Shown piece by piece: positions 13,201 through 25,852 of a stretch of 60,969 nt of DNA (position 1 is its first letter; each line of letters opens with the position of its first letter). This DNA comes from Phoronis australis (Eukaryota > Animalia > Phoronida), in NCBI GenBank assembly GCA_002633005.1, contig NMRA01000627.1, positions 154,561 through 215,529 of the forward strand. The letters run 5' to 3'. The notes under the pieces were generated by a model. That model was given only the letters and a program-made list of their open reading frames with translations. It searched no databases and was not told the DNA's origin. The position numbers and the translations under genes are program-made.

Positions 13201-15882
13201 ACAGGAAAATGGTTGTAAAGTTGGCCTTAAATGAGGTTTATATATAAGTGCGTTAGTTTCTGACCCGCTGCGGTCCGCTGGTATATTGTTTATGTCGTCA
13301 ACTAAGCCCCTCAGGGGGAGTTTGGCTTTTTGTCACCCATGCGCCTATAATAATAAATGATGACTAGGCCTAGGTTACCATCTGTATTTTCATCGAACAA
13401 GAACAGGAGAGAAGTAACAAAAATATACGTACGAATAAAGTACGTAAGCAAATAATGGCTCATGGTGAAATTGCATCATACCACGGAAAAACACTGTTGG
13501 TGATCAAGCTCAATGGTGACTGCCCTCGAGGGCCACTCGACACCGAACCAATATCACTTTCTCTACGTGTGGCACAGGCACAGAAATGTAGTTGAAAGCG
13601 CACCTCCTCATCTTCGGCTTCGGGGTAGCTTGACTATCACGCAGGAAAAATCGTGACGTTTTCATTTTGCGTTCCGAAAGGAATCAAGGCCTGGGGCCTG
13701 TTTCAGGAACCTTTTTGGACGTACACCAAATCAGATTTGTGGTAATTATTTGCTTGGGATTCTCAATACATTTTACACAGGCTCAGCGAAAAAGTCAAAT
13801 CTACAAACTTACAAACAACACTCCCTGTCTACCGCTAAGCCAAATACCAATTACGCATTAAACAGCAGAATATTCTAAGCCCAACGTACTGAAATGATAG
13901 AGACACAGGCCTTGAAAACGGTGATTGTCGGACAGACAACGGCAAGAATTATCAATACCACAAAATTTTGTTGTTTTGTAACTCCAAGAAATCTTTCCCA
14001 TTCAACAGCAATTCTCAAATTGCGTTTTAGCCGCACACGATTATGTCCCGTTAAATGAAATTTCAAGTTTCGGGAAAGATTCGAAACATTTATGTGCAGA
14101 TACTACCTGAAATTGTACTAATGGTGCTTCTACTTAGAATTTTGACATTGACAGCTCTTTGTTGGTAATTGTCAACCTCAAAACTCGTTTGTGTTTTCAA
14201 TTGGAGGTACGCTAATTAATGTGTTTTCAAAAGCGTGCACTAGCCTTCCTGTGGATTATCCGGGGAATTATTTTTTGCCTACAAATATGGTTGAATGAGA
14301 CAGACTTTTTAAATAGATTTTATTGAAGCTAAAAAGAAACAAAACATTTTGTGTTTTAGTGATTATATGAGTTCAAAAAGACGTGTATGTAGTCGTGGTT
14401 TTGTGTGTCAAAACTTCGCTGCCGTTGTCCAGCTTGATTTAGAAACGATCAGCACATTGTACGTTATTGACCGTCTTGTGCTGTATGCACACTACGTTAT
14501 CTGCATTGCTGGTTGGTGTAAAACCATCAACACTCTGGGATCCCTTTATCAAATATCTTTTTAATTGATCACTTTTATCCATAAAAATTCATGATTAAAC
14601 AATTAATACACAAAGTGGCGCCGAACGCAAAAAGTCGTAAAATACCTTTTCAACAAATAGTTGAGAATCTAATTCCTAAGGATGTTCAAGTGAGAGATAT
14701 TTGTTTTGAATATTGCAACAATTTCTGGATAAAAAATCACCAGACCGAAAACACGGACAAAAATAAACTTTATCCATCCTTACACGCTTTCTGAATTCTC
14801 CGCTACTAATAAAATACGTGCTCGTGCCCTCAAAGAATTACCCAGTAAGCAAAAGCCAAGCGCAGAATCAAAGGTCACAATTTCCATATCAAGGAAATGT
14901 GCTACGTCTATGTCTTGCCATACCAAATTAGGAGACGTGCTTCGCAGTGGGATAAAAATCGAGGAAGTGACCAGCAGTCGACATAATTTTTTGAATTTTG
15001 AAACTAAAGCGAAAATGCTTTGACATCAACAATTTTCAAACTCATCAAAATTTCTGTTGCAATAGCAAAGAACCACTTTGAATATTGTAGTTTAGCTTAC
15101 TTTGGGCGTTCTTTGCCACTTTGTTTAATTCATGACAAAAATGTCGCGTAACATTTTTTTATCACCTTACCGCTGCTTGTTTGAAGTGTGTGGTTTCAAC
15201 TTGAACATAAATTTCTGTAAAAAATCTAAAAAGTGATCAATTTATTGTTTTCGTCAGAGTGTTTAGAAATGTTGTGTCTCCGGCATATATTGTATCCTAA
15301 AATAACAGATGTATTACCTAATTAAATTCCTTTTTAAATGACCATCGAGGTTTATGCAGTCAATATCTCCGTTGCTCGAATGTAAAACAAAGACATGAAA
15401 AATTTGCACGGGCACGAACCATGAAATAAATGTGAATAATTTACAATGCGATCCACACTTGCACTAAAGTGAAGCCAATGTCTCAAACTGCTTCATGTAA
15501 TGGTTGTTAAAGATACAAGTTTGCCATACAATTGAAATCGACTGAAGTCAACCCAAGCATCTTGCATACTTTTGTTCATCAATGGCTTTTAAAAACTGTC
15601 GTGAGCAGCAATGGAAATTATAGTTGAAAATTCAAACAATATTTTTGGGGAAAATTTCAAGAAGCTTGAAAATTCAGTGGGTGTTTTGGGACGCAGTTGG
15701 AGATTTTGCGGGAATAAAATTTACCAGTGGAATATACAACACAAGTATTATATTCAAGCGCAGACGTTTATTTCAACAGTGAAATTTAAATGGTCATCAA
15801 TAGCACATAAATTTCATCAATGCTTTTTAAGAATTAATTGCGTACTTTTTAAGCCATGACTTAGGCGCCGTACTATTGTGAA

Positions 15883-15974
15883 TTAAAGTTCACATATGTA
15901 ACGTGCTTTGTCGCTGCACCCCTTGCTTTCCATGTTCTGGTTACTGGGATTGAAGACCGTGCAAGCGTTTCCGT
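15883..15974 (-). CDS. Copy 1 last exon: CTLD C-half
   Basis: Translates (D)GNACTVFNPSNQNMESKGCSDKARYICEL*; AATAAA at 15767-15772 downstream. Confidence 0.8.
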
Positions 15975-18778
15975 CTGTAAAAGAGCCAAAGGTCACGTGG
16001 TATGAATACTACAATAACACTCATAAGTTTGAGTTGCCGATTACTTACCTGAAAAGACCGATATCTCCTGGTGCTGGTGACAGAATATTCATTAGAACAA
16101 AATTTTAGCTCGAGCGTAGTTCTTTTGTTCTGCGTCAACCAATATTTTGAGTATAGTGGAACATTTGTGGTTATTCGCCTGAGCGACAATAACGGAAGTT
16201 TTATACAGACTTTCACTCGATTTACAGACGACGGATTTAGGGAGGCAATGTCCCACCTCTTTGGAAGGACCAAAAACAAAAGTGACCGACATGTCATTTG
16301 CATGTGTAACGTAAAAATAAACCTTCAGAAATTGTCATTCGCTCGCCCCAGCCCCTTCCCCCAATCCCATCATTCATACAACCTTGACCTGCAAAATATC
16401 CAGTTTAATACAGAATAGGTAATTAATTTATCCTGTCCTAAAAACTAAACAAGCTGAAACGCGAGATCGCCGCGTATGTTGATGTAAACTGGACGTGATT
16501 CATAAACGAGGACTTTTTCATTATTTCAATTTACAATGCTGTGGAAATGTATAGTTAGCTATTTAGCAATTTGTGATAAATGCAGAGCGAATTTCTTGTC
16601 GAACGACTAAACGAAAGGATACAACTAAAAGTACATACTCAATTCTGTTTATTTAAAAACGCAGCTTTATTTTAAAAGAACGATACTACTACCGTTGTTT
16701 GTTACACAGGGTTCGAATTAGATATTAAGCTACAAGGCCGACAACCTATAGGAGTCAAATTTTGAAATCAGGAAAATTTAAATTCTTACCAACAACACTC
16801 CACACCTCAACGTCGGTCCATTTAACATTATGTCCACAGCCGAGTGTTCCGTTGTAGGAGTGATGAAAGCAGTAGCCGTTAGACGGGAAGTACTTGTTGG
16901 GGCTGTTATATGAGTAGCTGCCATAGAAGAGCGTCAGATCGTGACCATTGCCAAAGGTTGGACCATATTTGTAGGTATCGTACAGAGCGTATTGTTGATA
17001 CCTGTACTGACTGTATTTGGCTGATGTACATCCCTGTCTACACAGCCGAAACACGAATGTGTTGCTGTCGGGCTTGTAACTCCCAACACTTGTCCAGGAG
17101 ACAGAGGCATAACCACCGAACGTGGTTCCACTCGTTGAATCTTTCCCAATAGAGATGGTTGGGCCCTTATTGTTGCATCTGCTGTGGAATACTGATCCGT
17201 TCATACCGTCACGTGATGCCCTGTACAGGAGCTTGAATGTCTTTCCCGGGAACCATTTTCTCAGCAAAGCTACGTTGTCTATAGTCAACAAATTTGAACT
17301 AAAAATGGCCCCCATGTCTGAAATTCAAACATATCATAGACGTATCATCACTGTTTCCAAGCTGACAATGCAATTTTTGTTATTGGCAGTACTCGAAGTA
17401 TTAGTTGGCACAATTTTTGTCACTTGAACAGGTAAAAAAGTATCCAAAATGAAACGTGAAACCTGAGGAGTTAATACACAAAACGTACCCAGAGTGGCAC
17501 ACATGAAGTAAGATCCCACGAGAAATTATTCCGCGTATCGACCGAGACCGAAGGTCGAGTGGGATATTACTTCATGTACGCCAATCGAGGTACGTTTTGT
17601 ATTTATCCTATGCGCTTCGAATTCCTAAGTTTCATACATTTTTGCGGCTGATATTTCAAATACTTCACCAAGACTGTTCACATGACGGATCACATCTTAT
17701 ATGTATAAACTTGCGCGTTAGGTTCCAAGTTTTCTTTTGTAAAAGAAACAGTTTTAAAAGTAACGATTTATTTCTTGGAAAGAGGTAGCAAAGATGAAAA
17801 CAACGGCAACTGAGCAGTTGACTTGTAACATCTCCCGGAAAAGTTAAAAAACAACATTATTTGATGTTTTAATTTCCTAGGAATCGGCGCCTGAGTTGCA
17901 AACGATATAGTATTCAGCAATTGAAAACTGAGACATAAGTGTCTTATAATTAACAGTTTTGTTCCAGATTTTAAGTTAAGGGCCTGGTTGCATGTCGAGT
18001 GTCAGTTGCAACTGTATTACTTTAAACTATCTTCGGAAAGTTTTATGATCGAACCGGATGAAGACGTCGAGTCGACATTGACCTACCTTTTGAACTTTCC
18101 ATGTCAGAGGTCGCTGTTGAAGTAGTGCGGAGGTGAATCCGGAAAAAGTTATTTCGTGGCCGTATTTCCATCGACAGATTCACCGCGCGTGGGATAATAT
18201 AAAGTATACAATTAAAAATAAATAAAAATTTGGCGTTTAACGCCATTGGAGTTGATACCTTTTCGCGTTCCTTTACCTGTATCCCATATGGCGTCGCCTT
18301 TTCTCAACGATCTTTGAGCAAGGAAGGATCTCAAACGATGAGAGTCCAAAGAAACTACGTGAGAATTGTCTTCAAGACATTTCCTTTTTGCGGTTTCCCA
18401 ATCCACTGAAACGTCGCTCAGTTTGAAACACGAATGTTCAAAGTAACGATATTGACTTGGGCAATATAGTTTACTCAGAATACGTTCGAAGGAGGACGAA
18501 GACATTTCGCGTTGACGTATGACATCCTGGAGTAACTCGGTAGCAATACGTCGTTCTTCACCGCTTTTGTTTCGCATTTCTTCAAGCTCCGTTTGAAAGT
18601 GAGTTATGGTTTTTAGAACAGTCGATTGGAAAATCCGGTTGCTTTTTTCTTCCTCTTTCAATAAAGAGATTACGGATTGTTCGAGAACAGATCTCTTCGC
18701 GGCAGCCGAAGTCGCGTGGAGAGGCGTGGCTTCGTGACATAGCACAACGATGACTATTAAGAGATTAACAGTGAACAT
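15883..18778 (-). CDS. Copy 1 (type A): secreted coiled-coil C-type lectin-like protein with an inserted TLDc domain; exons 18778-18277, 17317-16790, 15974-15883 (~373 aa)
   Basis: Donor ACAG|GTAAAG, acceptor TTTCAG|AC, donor GTTG|GTAAGA, acceptor TTTTACAG|AC. All introns are phase 1 and the frame is continuous from ATG to TAA. Six long-form CTLD cysteines are split between exon 1 and the last exon. Confidence 0.85.
16790..17317 (-). CDS. Copy 1 TLDc exon (528 nt, phase 1-1)
   Basis: TLDc motifs FKLLYRASRDG..FHSRCNNKGPTI..FGGY..SW..FVFRL..GPTFG..DL..DVEVW. Confidence 0.9.
17472..18197. mobile_element. Crypton-like non-autonomous element in intron 1 of copy 1
   Basis: Absent from the other three introns. 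A ~130-nt inverted repeat (17472-17603) abuts a TATCCC...GGGATA-bounded segment. A second, inverted copy lies at ~22205-23490. Family assignment is inferred from structure only. Confidence 0.55.
18277..18778 (-). CDS. Copy 1 exon 1: signal peptide, KR, coiled coil, CTLD N-half
   Basis: Hydrophobic leader MFTVNLLIVIVVLC; CPSQYRYFEHSCFKL..DWETAKRKC..HVVSL..IW matches the CTLD N-terminal pattern. Confidence 0.85.
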
Positions 18779-18903
18779 TTCTACTCATGGGTTTATCAAC
18801 AAGCACAGCTAGGCCGTTTCACAACACCAACGGGCAACAAATCGTCCTCAACTGTACTACGTCACTGGAGATTGTCAAAGTGACAGGAACCTACATGTAC
18901 CAT

Positions 18904-18932
18904 CCTTTTATAATGTGAACGTTTGTGATAAG
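18904..18932 (-). promoter_or_regulatory. Candidate TATA box with adjacent GATA motif upstream of copy 1
   Basis: TATAAAA at 18912-18906, ~130 nt before the ATG. TGATAAG and TATA-like motifs lie at similar distances in the other copies. Confidence 0.35.
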
Positions 18933-19104
18933 GAAAATATCTCCCTCAAGGTGATATTTTTCTTCAGGCCCGTAACCAGGGGGACTCTCCCCACTGAAAA
19001 GGTCCAGCCTCAGCCCATCTGTTAGAGATAGGATATAGATGAACAACAACAAGAACAACAACAACAACAAAATTATTGCAGTTACCGGTACTACTAGTTA
19101 TAAT

Positions 19105-21709
19105 GGGGCTATTCGAAAAATTTACAATAACTAGAGGGCGCGCGTGTACTAGTGGTGATCGATTAAGCAGCCTCGATTTCGCCAGCCCTTTAAATACATG
19201 GTGATATGGCTTGCAGCCGTGCCAACTGAATCTGAACTTGCGTGAAAAGGGTGCTTCTATGACAGGAAGTAAGCACGACCTTAAACAAAGGTAAGGTTTG
19301 TGATTATTTTAATGATTATTCCATGTTTTTTCTACTGGTACATGTTATTCGCCGATGTCGACTTCGCGGCAGTCGCCAGTAGGGTTAATCTTTGCTTGTT
19401 GTGAAGCGTGTTAAGATACTTGACGTCACTCGGGATCTTTTCGTACATCAAAGCATTATTATTGTTTGGAATGATTTCTAACAGGTTTATCAGTGACAGT
19501 TACATCAATTTATGCTGAATGTTTATGTTATCAACTCGATATTCGTCAGTGAGTTGAGATTACAATCCAAGCCCTATAGCAAAGGGTACGTCTTCCGGAA
19601 ATCTATTACACGTTGAAATAGGAAATCTATCATGTCTGTTTTCACGTGACCTTTGTTTTTAGGTTTGAGGGCTGCACCGTACCTGAATGGACAAAAATTA
19701 GTTTCTGCAGCTCAGCAAGATCTTAATTCCCATCCAGTGCAGATCTGTTGTCAAAGCCTAATTGCTGTATCAGAGACAACGAACAAAGCTTTTGAAAAGG
19801 AACAGCTATTTTCAAAGAAAGGTATGTAAGTCGTTTTGTTAAATTTACTTATTCAGGTCCTTAAAGGGGGATTGGAATAGGGGGTTGGGGTTGTAAAATT
19901 TGGTGCAACTGAATGTGTGGAAGTTACAGGTAATGCATGTCTGGGGGAAAGAGCATGGTAAGGTAATTCTTAACCGTCATGAAGTTCCTTCAAGTTTATT
20001 TCATTAAACTGTTCTGCTATCAATTGTAAACACATAATAATATATTACATTTTCTAATTTTCAGTGACTGGATAGTCTTAACTCATGCCTTGAAATGTTG
20101 TAAGTCGTTTATAAATTCAAATGACTGCAATTTTTTGTGAAAATTGATTTTTTATGGTGAGTTACGATTTGTTATTACTGTTAAACAACAGAAAGATTAT
20201 CCATCATTTTAAGCGACCCAAGTCTTCATATCTTCTATTAGAAGAAAAATAAAAAGTCTGAGAAATGCTTCCCTCAGCCTTAGACTAGAAGTACATGTAT
20301 GCTTGACAGACCCATGAATATGTAATCGGAGTTTAAAATTGCTGAAAATATCAAAAATAAAAAGGCTTGAAAATGGGTAACAAAGGTTTGAAGTTGTCTC
20401 AAAAAATTGTATGTTTTGCAGACAAGTGATGCGTTTAAAGAATTGTTATGGTTACGAATGAAAAATAAAGACGCAGTTTTATGCAATACTTATTATAAAC
20501 ACCTTTGGTTTCTGAAAATAGTAATTATTTAATTTTATGCAAAATAGTAGAGCAGTCACCATATCATATTTTTGAAAAACAGGGGTAGCATTTTTGACCC
20601 AACCTGGAGTACTTAATTATTCATATTTCAATATTTATTCCGGGTTCAGTGACATTTTAAGGCCACTTCAAGCCGCAACATGACAAGCTTTGTTACTCCG
20701 TTCTCTTCCCACAGCACTTTCACACACCAGCAGTGATGCATGGCACAATGTACAAGTCAGTGGCCATGGAGACATGTGAATCGCAGCACTAAGTTACCAT
20801 AAGACAATGCGCCATTAGATTGTTTGTGTATGAAGAGAAATTATATCTGACTGCTACACAAGTAAGCCTCGTCGGTGAGGATGCCCTTTACTAGGCAATG
20901 AGTCATGTGTGGACAATAACTTATTTCCTTTCCTGGAAGAAACATGAGGGACTGAAGCTAAGGAAGACATAGTAACACTATAAATATTTATTCCAATGCA
21001 ATGTTGCAACATTTACTGAATTAAAGCTTATTCATGTTAATTCGGTAACTAATCTGGTAGTCCTGGGGGTGGGGTCCCTATAAAATAAGGAAACTCACTC
21101 ATCTAGAGAATTTCATTGGACACAGAATAGTTTTGAAGAGAATCTACTGTGAAAAAGTCACCCTTGACATCTGAGCGTCATTAACCTTACATCTCTTATA
21201 TTGGGCGCACTCCCACCCAGGACAATATGAATATGTGCTGCTAGCCTACCCGGCATCCGAGTCCCGGGTGAGTTTCCTAAATGAAACACTTAGTTCCACT
21301 CAATAAACCCGTTATTCAGTGGGGGTAACTGGTGGGGATAACATCACCGAACGATGTCGATAGAAACTGATTGCTAAAAACTTACCAAGTAATGTTTTTT
21401 GTAGTCTCCCAATGGAAATGTAGAGAGTACACAAGGGGCTTCAGCATCCATATAGTTTTTGTCAGTTGGTTGACCCTTTTGACCGCAATTGTCTACGAAT
21501 GTAGTAACCTTAGATCTTTTGGGAATTTTTGGCTACCTGTCGAAGACTTGCACCACGTAAAATAGCAATAATAAGGCTTAGCGCGACAACGCATTTTGAA
21601 AATAATTCCACCTTTTACCAGTTGTTTACATGCAGACAGCGACGCATGCGCAATTCAATCACCACTAGTGCAGCAGTGACACCGCGTGGAGAATCGTTCG
21701 AATAGCCCC
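19105..21709 (+). mobile_element. ISL2EU-like DNA transposon derivative with YqaJ exonuclease relic
   Basis: TIR GGGGCTATTCGAA / TTCGAATAGCCCC, TSD AT. ~20700-20970 translates to degenerate FHTPAVMHGTMYKSVA..LFV..LTATQVSLVGEDALL, resembling YqaJ. Confidence 0.7.
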
Positions 21710-21893
21710 ATTAAGTTTGAAGAATTTGCTTCTGATTTAAGCGCTTCGTATACTCATCGGGCCCTACATGGCCCCAGGGCCCAATTTCGCCCGAGTGGTG
21801 TTTTGCCTCTTGCAGACATTAGAGGAGGCTTGACATCATTAATTGGCATTGAACGTGAGTGGTTGCTTCACCGTTATCGTCGATATTATCGGT

Positions 21894-23588
21894 AGCCAAA
21901 CGGGTGAATGTTACGCCGTCAAATTATGTGTTATTAAGTTAATTCTTGTCAGAGACATAAAGTAATTATTTGCAGAGTAAAGTAATTATTTGCGCAGTAA
22001 AGTAATTATTTGCGGAGTAAAGTAATTACTTAAGACTTAATACATTACGGCGTAAAGTAAGTATTTGCGGCGCTTAAAGTTACTTTACGCCGCAAATAAT
22101 TCCTTTGCGCTCTACTAAGTTTCTTTGCGCCGCAAGTAATTACTTTACACCGCAAATAATTACGTTACGTTGTAAAAAGTTACTTTACGCTACAAATAAT
22201 TACTTTATCCCATACGCGTTGAATCTGTCGAGGGAAATACGGCTATGTAATAATGTTTTCCGTATTCATCTCCCGCACTACTTCAACAGTGATCTCTGAC
22301 AACAAAGGTTCAAAAAGTAGGTCAATGTCGACTCCACGTCGTTAGCCGGTTAGATCATCAAATTTTCGGAAAACAGCTTAAAGTAATACAATTGTAGCAG
22401 TGTAAATACCACTCAACATGCAATCAGATCTCAATCGTAACATATGGAACAGGACTGTTAATTATATGACAGTTCTGTCTCAGTTTTCAATTTCTATATA
22501 TTATATCGTCTGCAACTCAGGTACCCATTCCTCGCCAATATCAAACATTGTTGTCACTGGCCATGACAGCACCCGATACTATCGGCGACAGTATTATACG
22601 AGCAGCAACGACGACCGTGCTACAGAATCCGTAGCCAGCCAGCTAGCGCGGTATGAACACACTGTCGTATATTTAGTATACATCTTTGTACCAAGGCTAC
22701 AGAATCGGTAGAAATGCGACAACGTACCTGCAACAACGCTACAACAGGCATATTCGCCGGAGCTGTCATCAACGGTGGCACTTAACTTCTCCGTGAAGAC
22801 AGACGACGCGTAGGCTACGCGCTGCGGTCAATGACCTAGTTTCATGAATGAGTGCAACTACCCGATGAGGATTTTACACTGTTATAAATATTGTTGTTAT
22901 TTATTCATTTCCGAAATGCACAATAACTGTCGTTTTCACACTTTTTATCAGTTTCAAGTAATAAAGTGCTACATTTAAAACTGTTTTCTTTTACTATAGT
23001 AAGTTAGCAACACAACGCGCACGTACATACAAACAGGTTGTGATTCGCCACGTAAACAGTCAGGGTGAAGTATTTATAAAGTGCCGAAAGAAAACAAAAG
23101 AAACCAACGAATTCGATGCGTATGGGATAAATCCAAAACGCACCTCGAGTGGCGTATATGAAATGACATCCCACTCGACATTATTTCACGTATCGACCTC
23201 GACGTTCTGTCTCGGTCGATACGCGGAATAATTGTATAATTACTTTAAAGTAAGGAATATACAACCCTGCAAAACTGCCTTTTGGGAATCCATCAATGCC
23301 TATTTATTTTAGACCAACCGTGAATTTCTGTAATTTAGATATGAGTGCGTGCGTGTGTGTGCCTGTGTTTCATTTGCAAAGATCTTATTGTTTGTAAGTA
23401 TTTGTGTATTTAGAAATAAAATGATTAAAAAAAAGATACGCGGAATAATGTCTCATCATGCACGCCACTCTCGGTACGTTTTGTGTATTTATGCCACAAA
23501 TAATTACTTTACGCTGCAATTAATTACGCCTTGAACAAGAATTATCGTACACACGTAATTTAACGGCGTAACGTTCACCCGTTTGGCC
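21894..23588. mobile_element. TIR element with 20-nt tandem repeats, carrying a nested Crypton-like copy
   Basis: GCCAAACGGGTGAATGTTACGCCG / CGGCGTAACGTTCACCCGTTTGGC; AGTAAAGTAATTATTTGCG repeats at 21958-22206. Confidence 0.65.
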
Positions 23589-23853
23589 AATGATACGCCA
23601 TAGGGTATCAAGGAAATTTAGAAGTAAATATCTACATGTATGATTACATGAACTTAAGCTTTAAAGCAGCGAAAGAGCTCTCAAAAAGTAATGTGGAGTG
23701 AATGTCTTAAAATCGACCAAGAAACAAAACAGCGGAAAATATGATTGTTTTCTGCTATTTTGATATGCTTGCTAGCATAGTACGGTATTGTGCAGGCATT
23801 TCAACTGTCGAATTGACGATGATCTCAAATATCCCTACTTCGTATTCTTTTAA

Positions 23854-24298
23854 AGGATACTAAACCCTGTGATAATTTCCACCAACTCTCGTTCTGTCAC
23901 CTGCTAATGCATCACTGGTGCCAATCTCCCAAGTTAAAAGAATTCCAAATCCGATTTTGTCCTGTTAACAGATACTAAAAAACGAGTTTCCCATTCAGTT
24001 CTCTGAAACAAATTAAAGTTCTGTAACGGCTCGACAACCCTCTAAACTTTTGAGGAAAAATAGAAAATTCCTTGTAAATTCAGCTAAAAGGGCAAGCGTG
24101 ACATACGCTGTTAGCGAGTTCGCGGCATCTGTGAGAAAAGACCACCCACCACGGACCATAAAGTCCATTTCGTGAGATAGTGGGTATGAATTCTTCGTTG
24201 GTTCCTGCTTTATCTTACAAGATTGATGCCAATGATGCATCAGCAAGTACGAGAACGAGGATTGAATGAAACCATCAAAATAGGGTTTAAAGTTCTTT
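23854..24298. mobile_element. Kolobok-like MITE
   Basis: TTAA|AGGATACTAAACCCT ... AGGGTTTAAAGTTCTT|TTAA with longer imperfect inverted arms. Confidence 0.5.
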
Positions 24299-25852
24299 TT
24301 AAGGAAGGAATCAATTAAAAATTCATAAACCCCATATCACAGTTTGGACAATATTGTCCTTGGTGGGTTGATTTTTTCGACAGTTGCCGTGCAATTCGCA
24401 AAAAGCGTAGGTCACGCTTGCCCGTTCAGCCAACTTTGAAAGGAGTTTTTTCAACAAACTTTTGAGTGTTGTTTTGTTTCAGAGAACTGGATGGGAAAGT
24501 CAAAAGCCAAATCTGGGTTTGATATATTTTTAAAAACGCAAGAACGTAATTTTCCCTATTCGTAAGTCATACGGGCAATTTCGTAGGCGCATGAAAACAA
24601 TAGGTCCCGGAAGTTGTTTTCAGTCTAGGTACAGCGCTCAATGCATCTAATAGCCGAAGTATTGTTTACTTTTACATGCATTTCCAGCGGTATAAGTAAC
24701 ACGCAAAAATACAACCATTTAAAAATTTCATGAAGTCATTCTCAGACTAAAGAATTCCGTCCAAGTACGTATTTAAGCACGCTTGATTTGAAAGTATGGC
24801 CAACAGTAACGCGAGAACGTTCTCTTTCTGGACCACATTACTTGTCCGAGTTTGACTCGCATTTTTTACGAGCAACCGTCACGGCATCCTTATTTCCGTC
24901 TCATCTCAAGAACAAAGAGGTAAGAGTTATCGTTGTGTATACAGATTACCCCCTCCCCCCCTAATTAGGCTGCGTCAAGGGCCTTACTGAAAACTATGAC
25001 CGGTCGACCTTTGCAAAATATCAACGGTCCACCGTTCCAGAAATTCGAACCACTCCTTGCGCTATGCTAGCTACGGGCCTGTTCTTTGTTTCTTTGCGAT
25101 TAGATAAATTCTTGAAAGTTGCCACGTGTTCACTTGCAAGATAGAGCTGTCGGCAAGCACACGTGTATGTGGAGGCGTGTACAAACAAGCCTATGAGAGG
25201 AGTAGCCACTCGTCTTTGCATAAAAACATGCGCATTTTTAAAAGCAGCGTTCCCATTATGTGACCTTTAGAACATTTAAATAAACACCTACACCATGACG
25301 ACGTCTTTACCTTCTCCAAGTAAATTATTTTGAGATGAGGAGAACCGGTAAAACAAAGATACATCGAAATGTTGGTAGAGAGACTTCTTTATTTGGTTGT
25401 AATCAAACCAGCAGATGGCGTGCAGTTTATTTCATGTTTTTACAGTCCCATTAAAACTTTATTTACTTTAAGTGAAATATGCCAGCCAAAACAACGCCTC
25501 TAGTAGTTTATGACAAAATCGTTTGCAAAGTTTTCTAGAAGTTACAACACCAACAACCATATCGCCATTGATTTCCCCGAAAGGTAGTTAAAACGAAAAA
25601 ATATTCAAAACTGTTTTAACTCAGATAGTTGATCTGAGTAAAGATGTAAAGTTGAGAGACACCCCTAGATGTTCCAGAAATATCATGGCATGGGTGGGAA
25701 ATGTTGAGCATTTGTATTTTATTGTTAAGCAGGTCAACAGTTTAAGTATCCGGAGGAGATTCACTACTTTATAGGAGAGTGTGTGCTACTGTTCCTGTCA
25801 TAGAATTGCTCTTTGAGAAAATTCCCCTTTCCAGCAATTGCCTGCAAACATG

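Noticed and set aside
14050-15860. Conserved ~2-kb block downstream of every copy as a partner gene
   Set aside because: No reading frame is conserved across copies and indels are frequent; best explained as co-duplicated flank with old repeats.
16755-17315. Stand-alone single-exon TLDc gene starting at MGAIF, or an IFI44/OXR1 ortholog
   Set aside because: A conserved acceptor lies 2 nt upstream, the ATG is absent in copy 4, a conserved donor precedes the stop, and no GTPase, LysM or TBC domain is present.
16910-17427. Plus-strand and alternate-frame ORFs overlapping the TLDc exons
   Set aside because: Shadow ORFs with inconsistent starts and stops between paralogs.
18212-18276. C-terminal tails of the exon-1 ORFs as real protein ends
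   Set aside because: They follow a conserved GT donor, differ in length between copies, and would leave the CTLD without its C-terminal cysteines.
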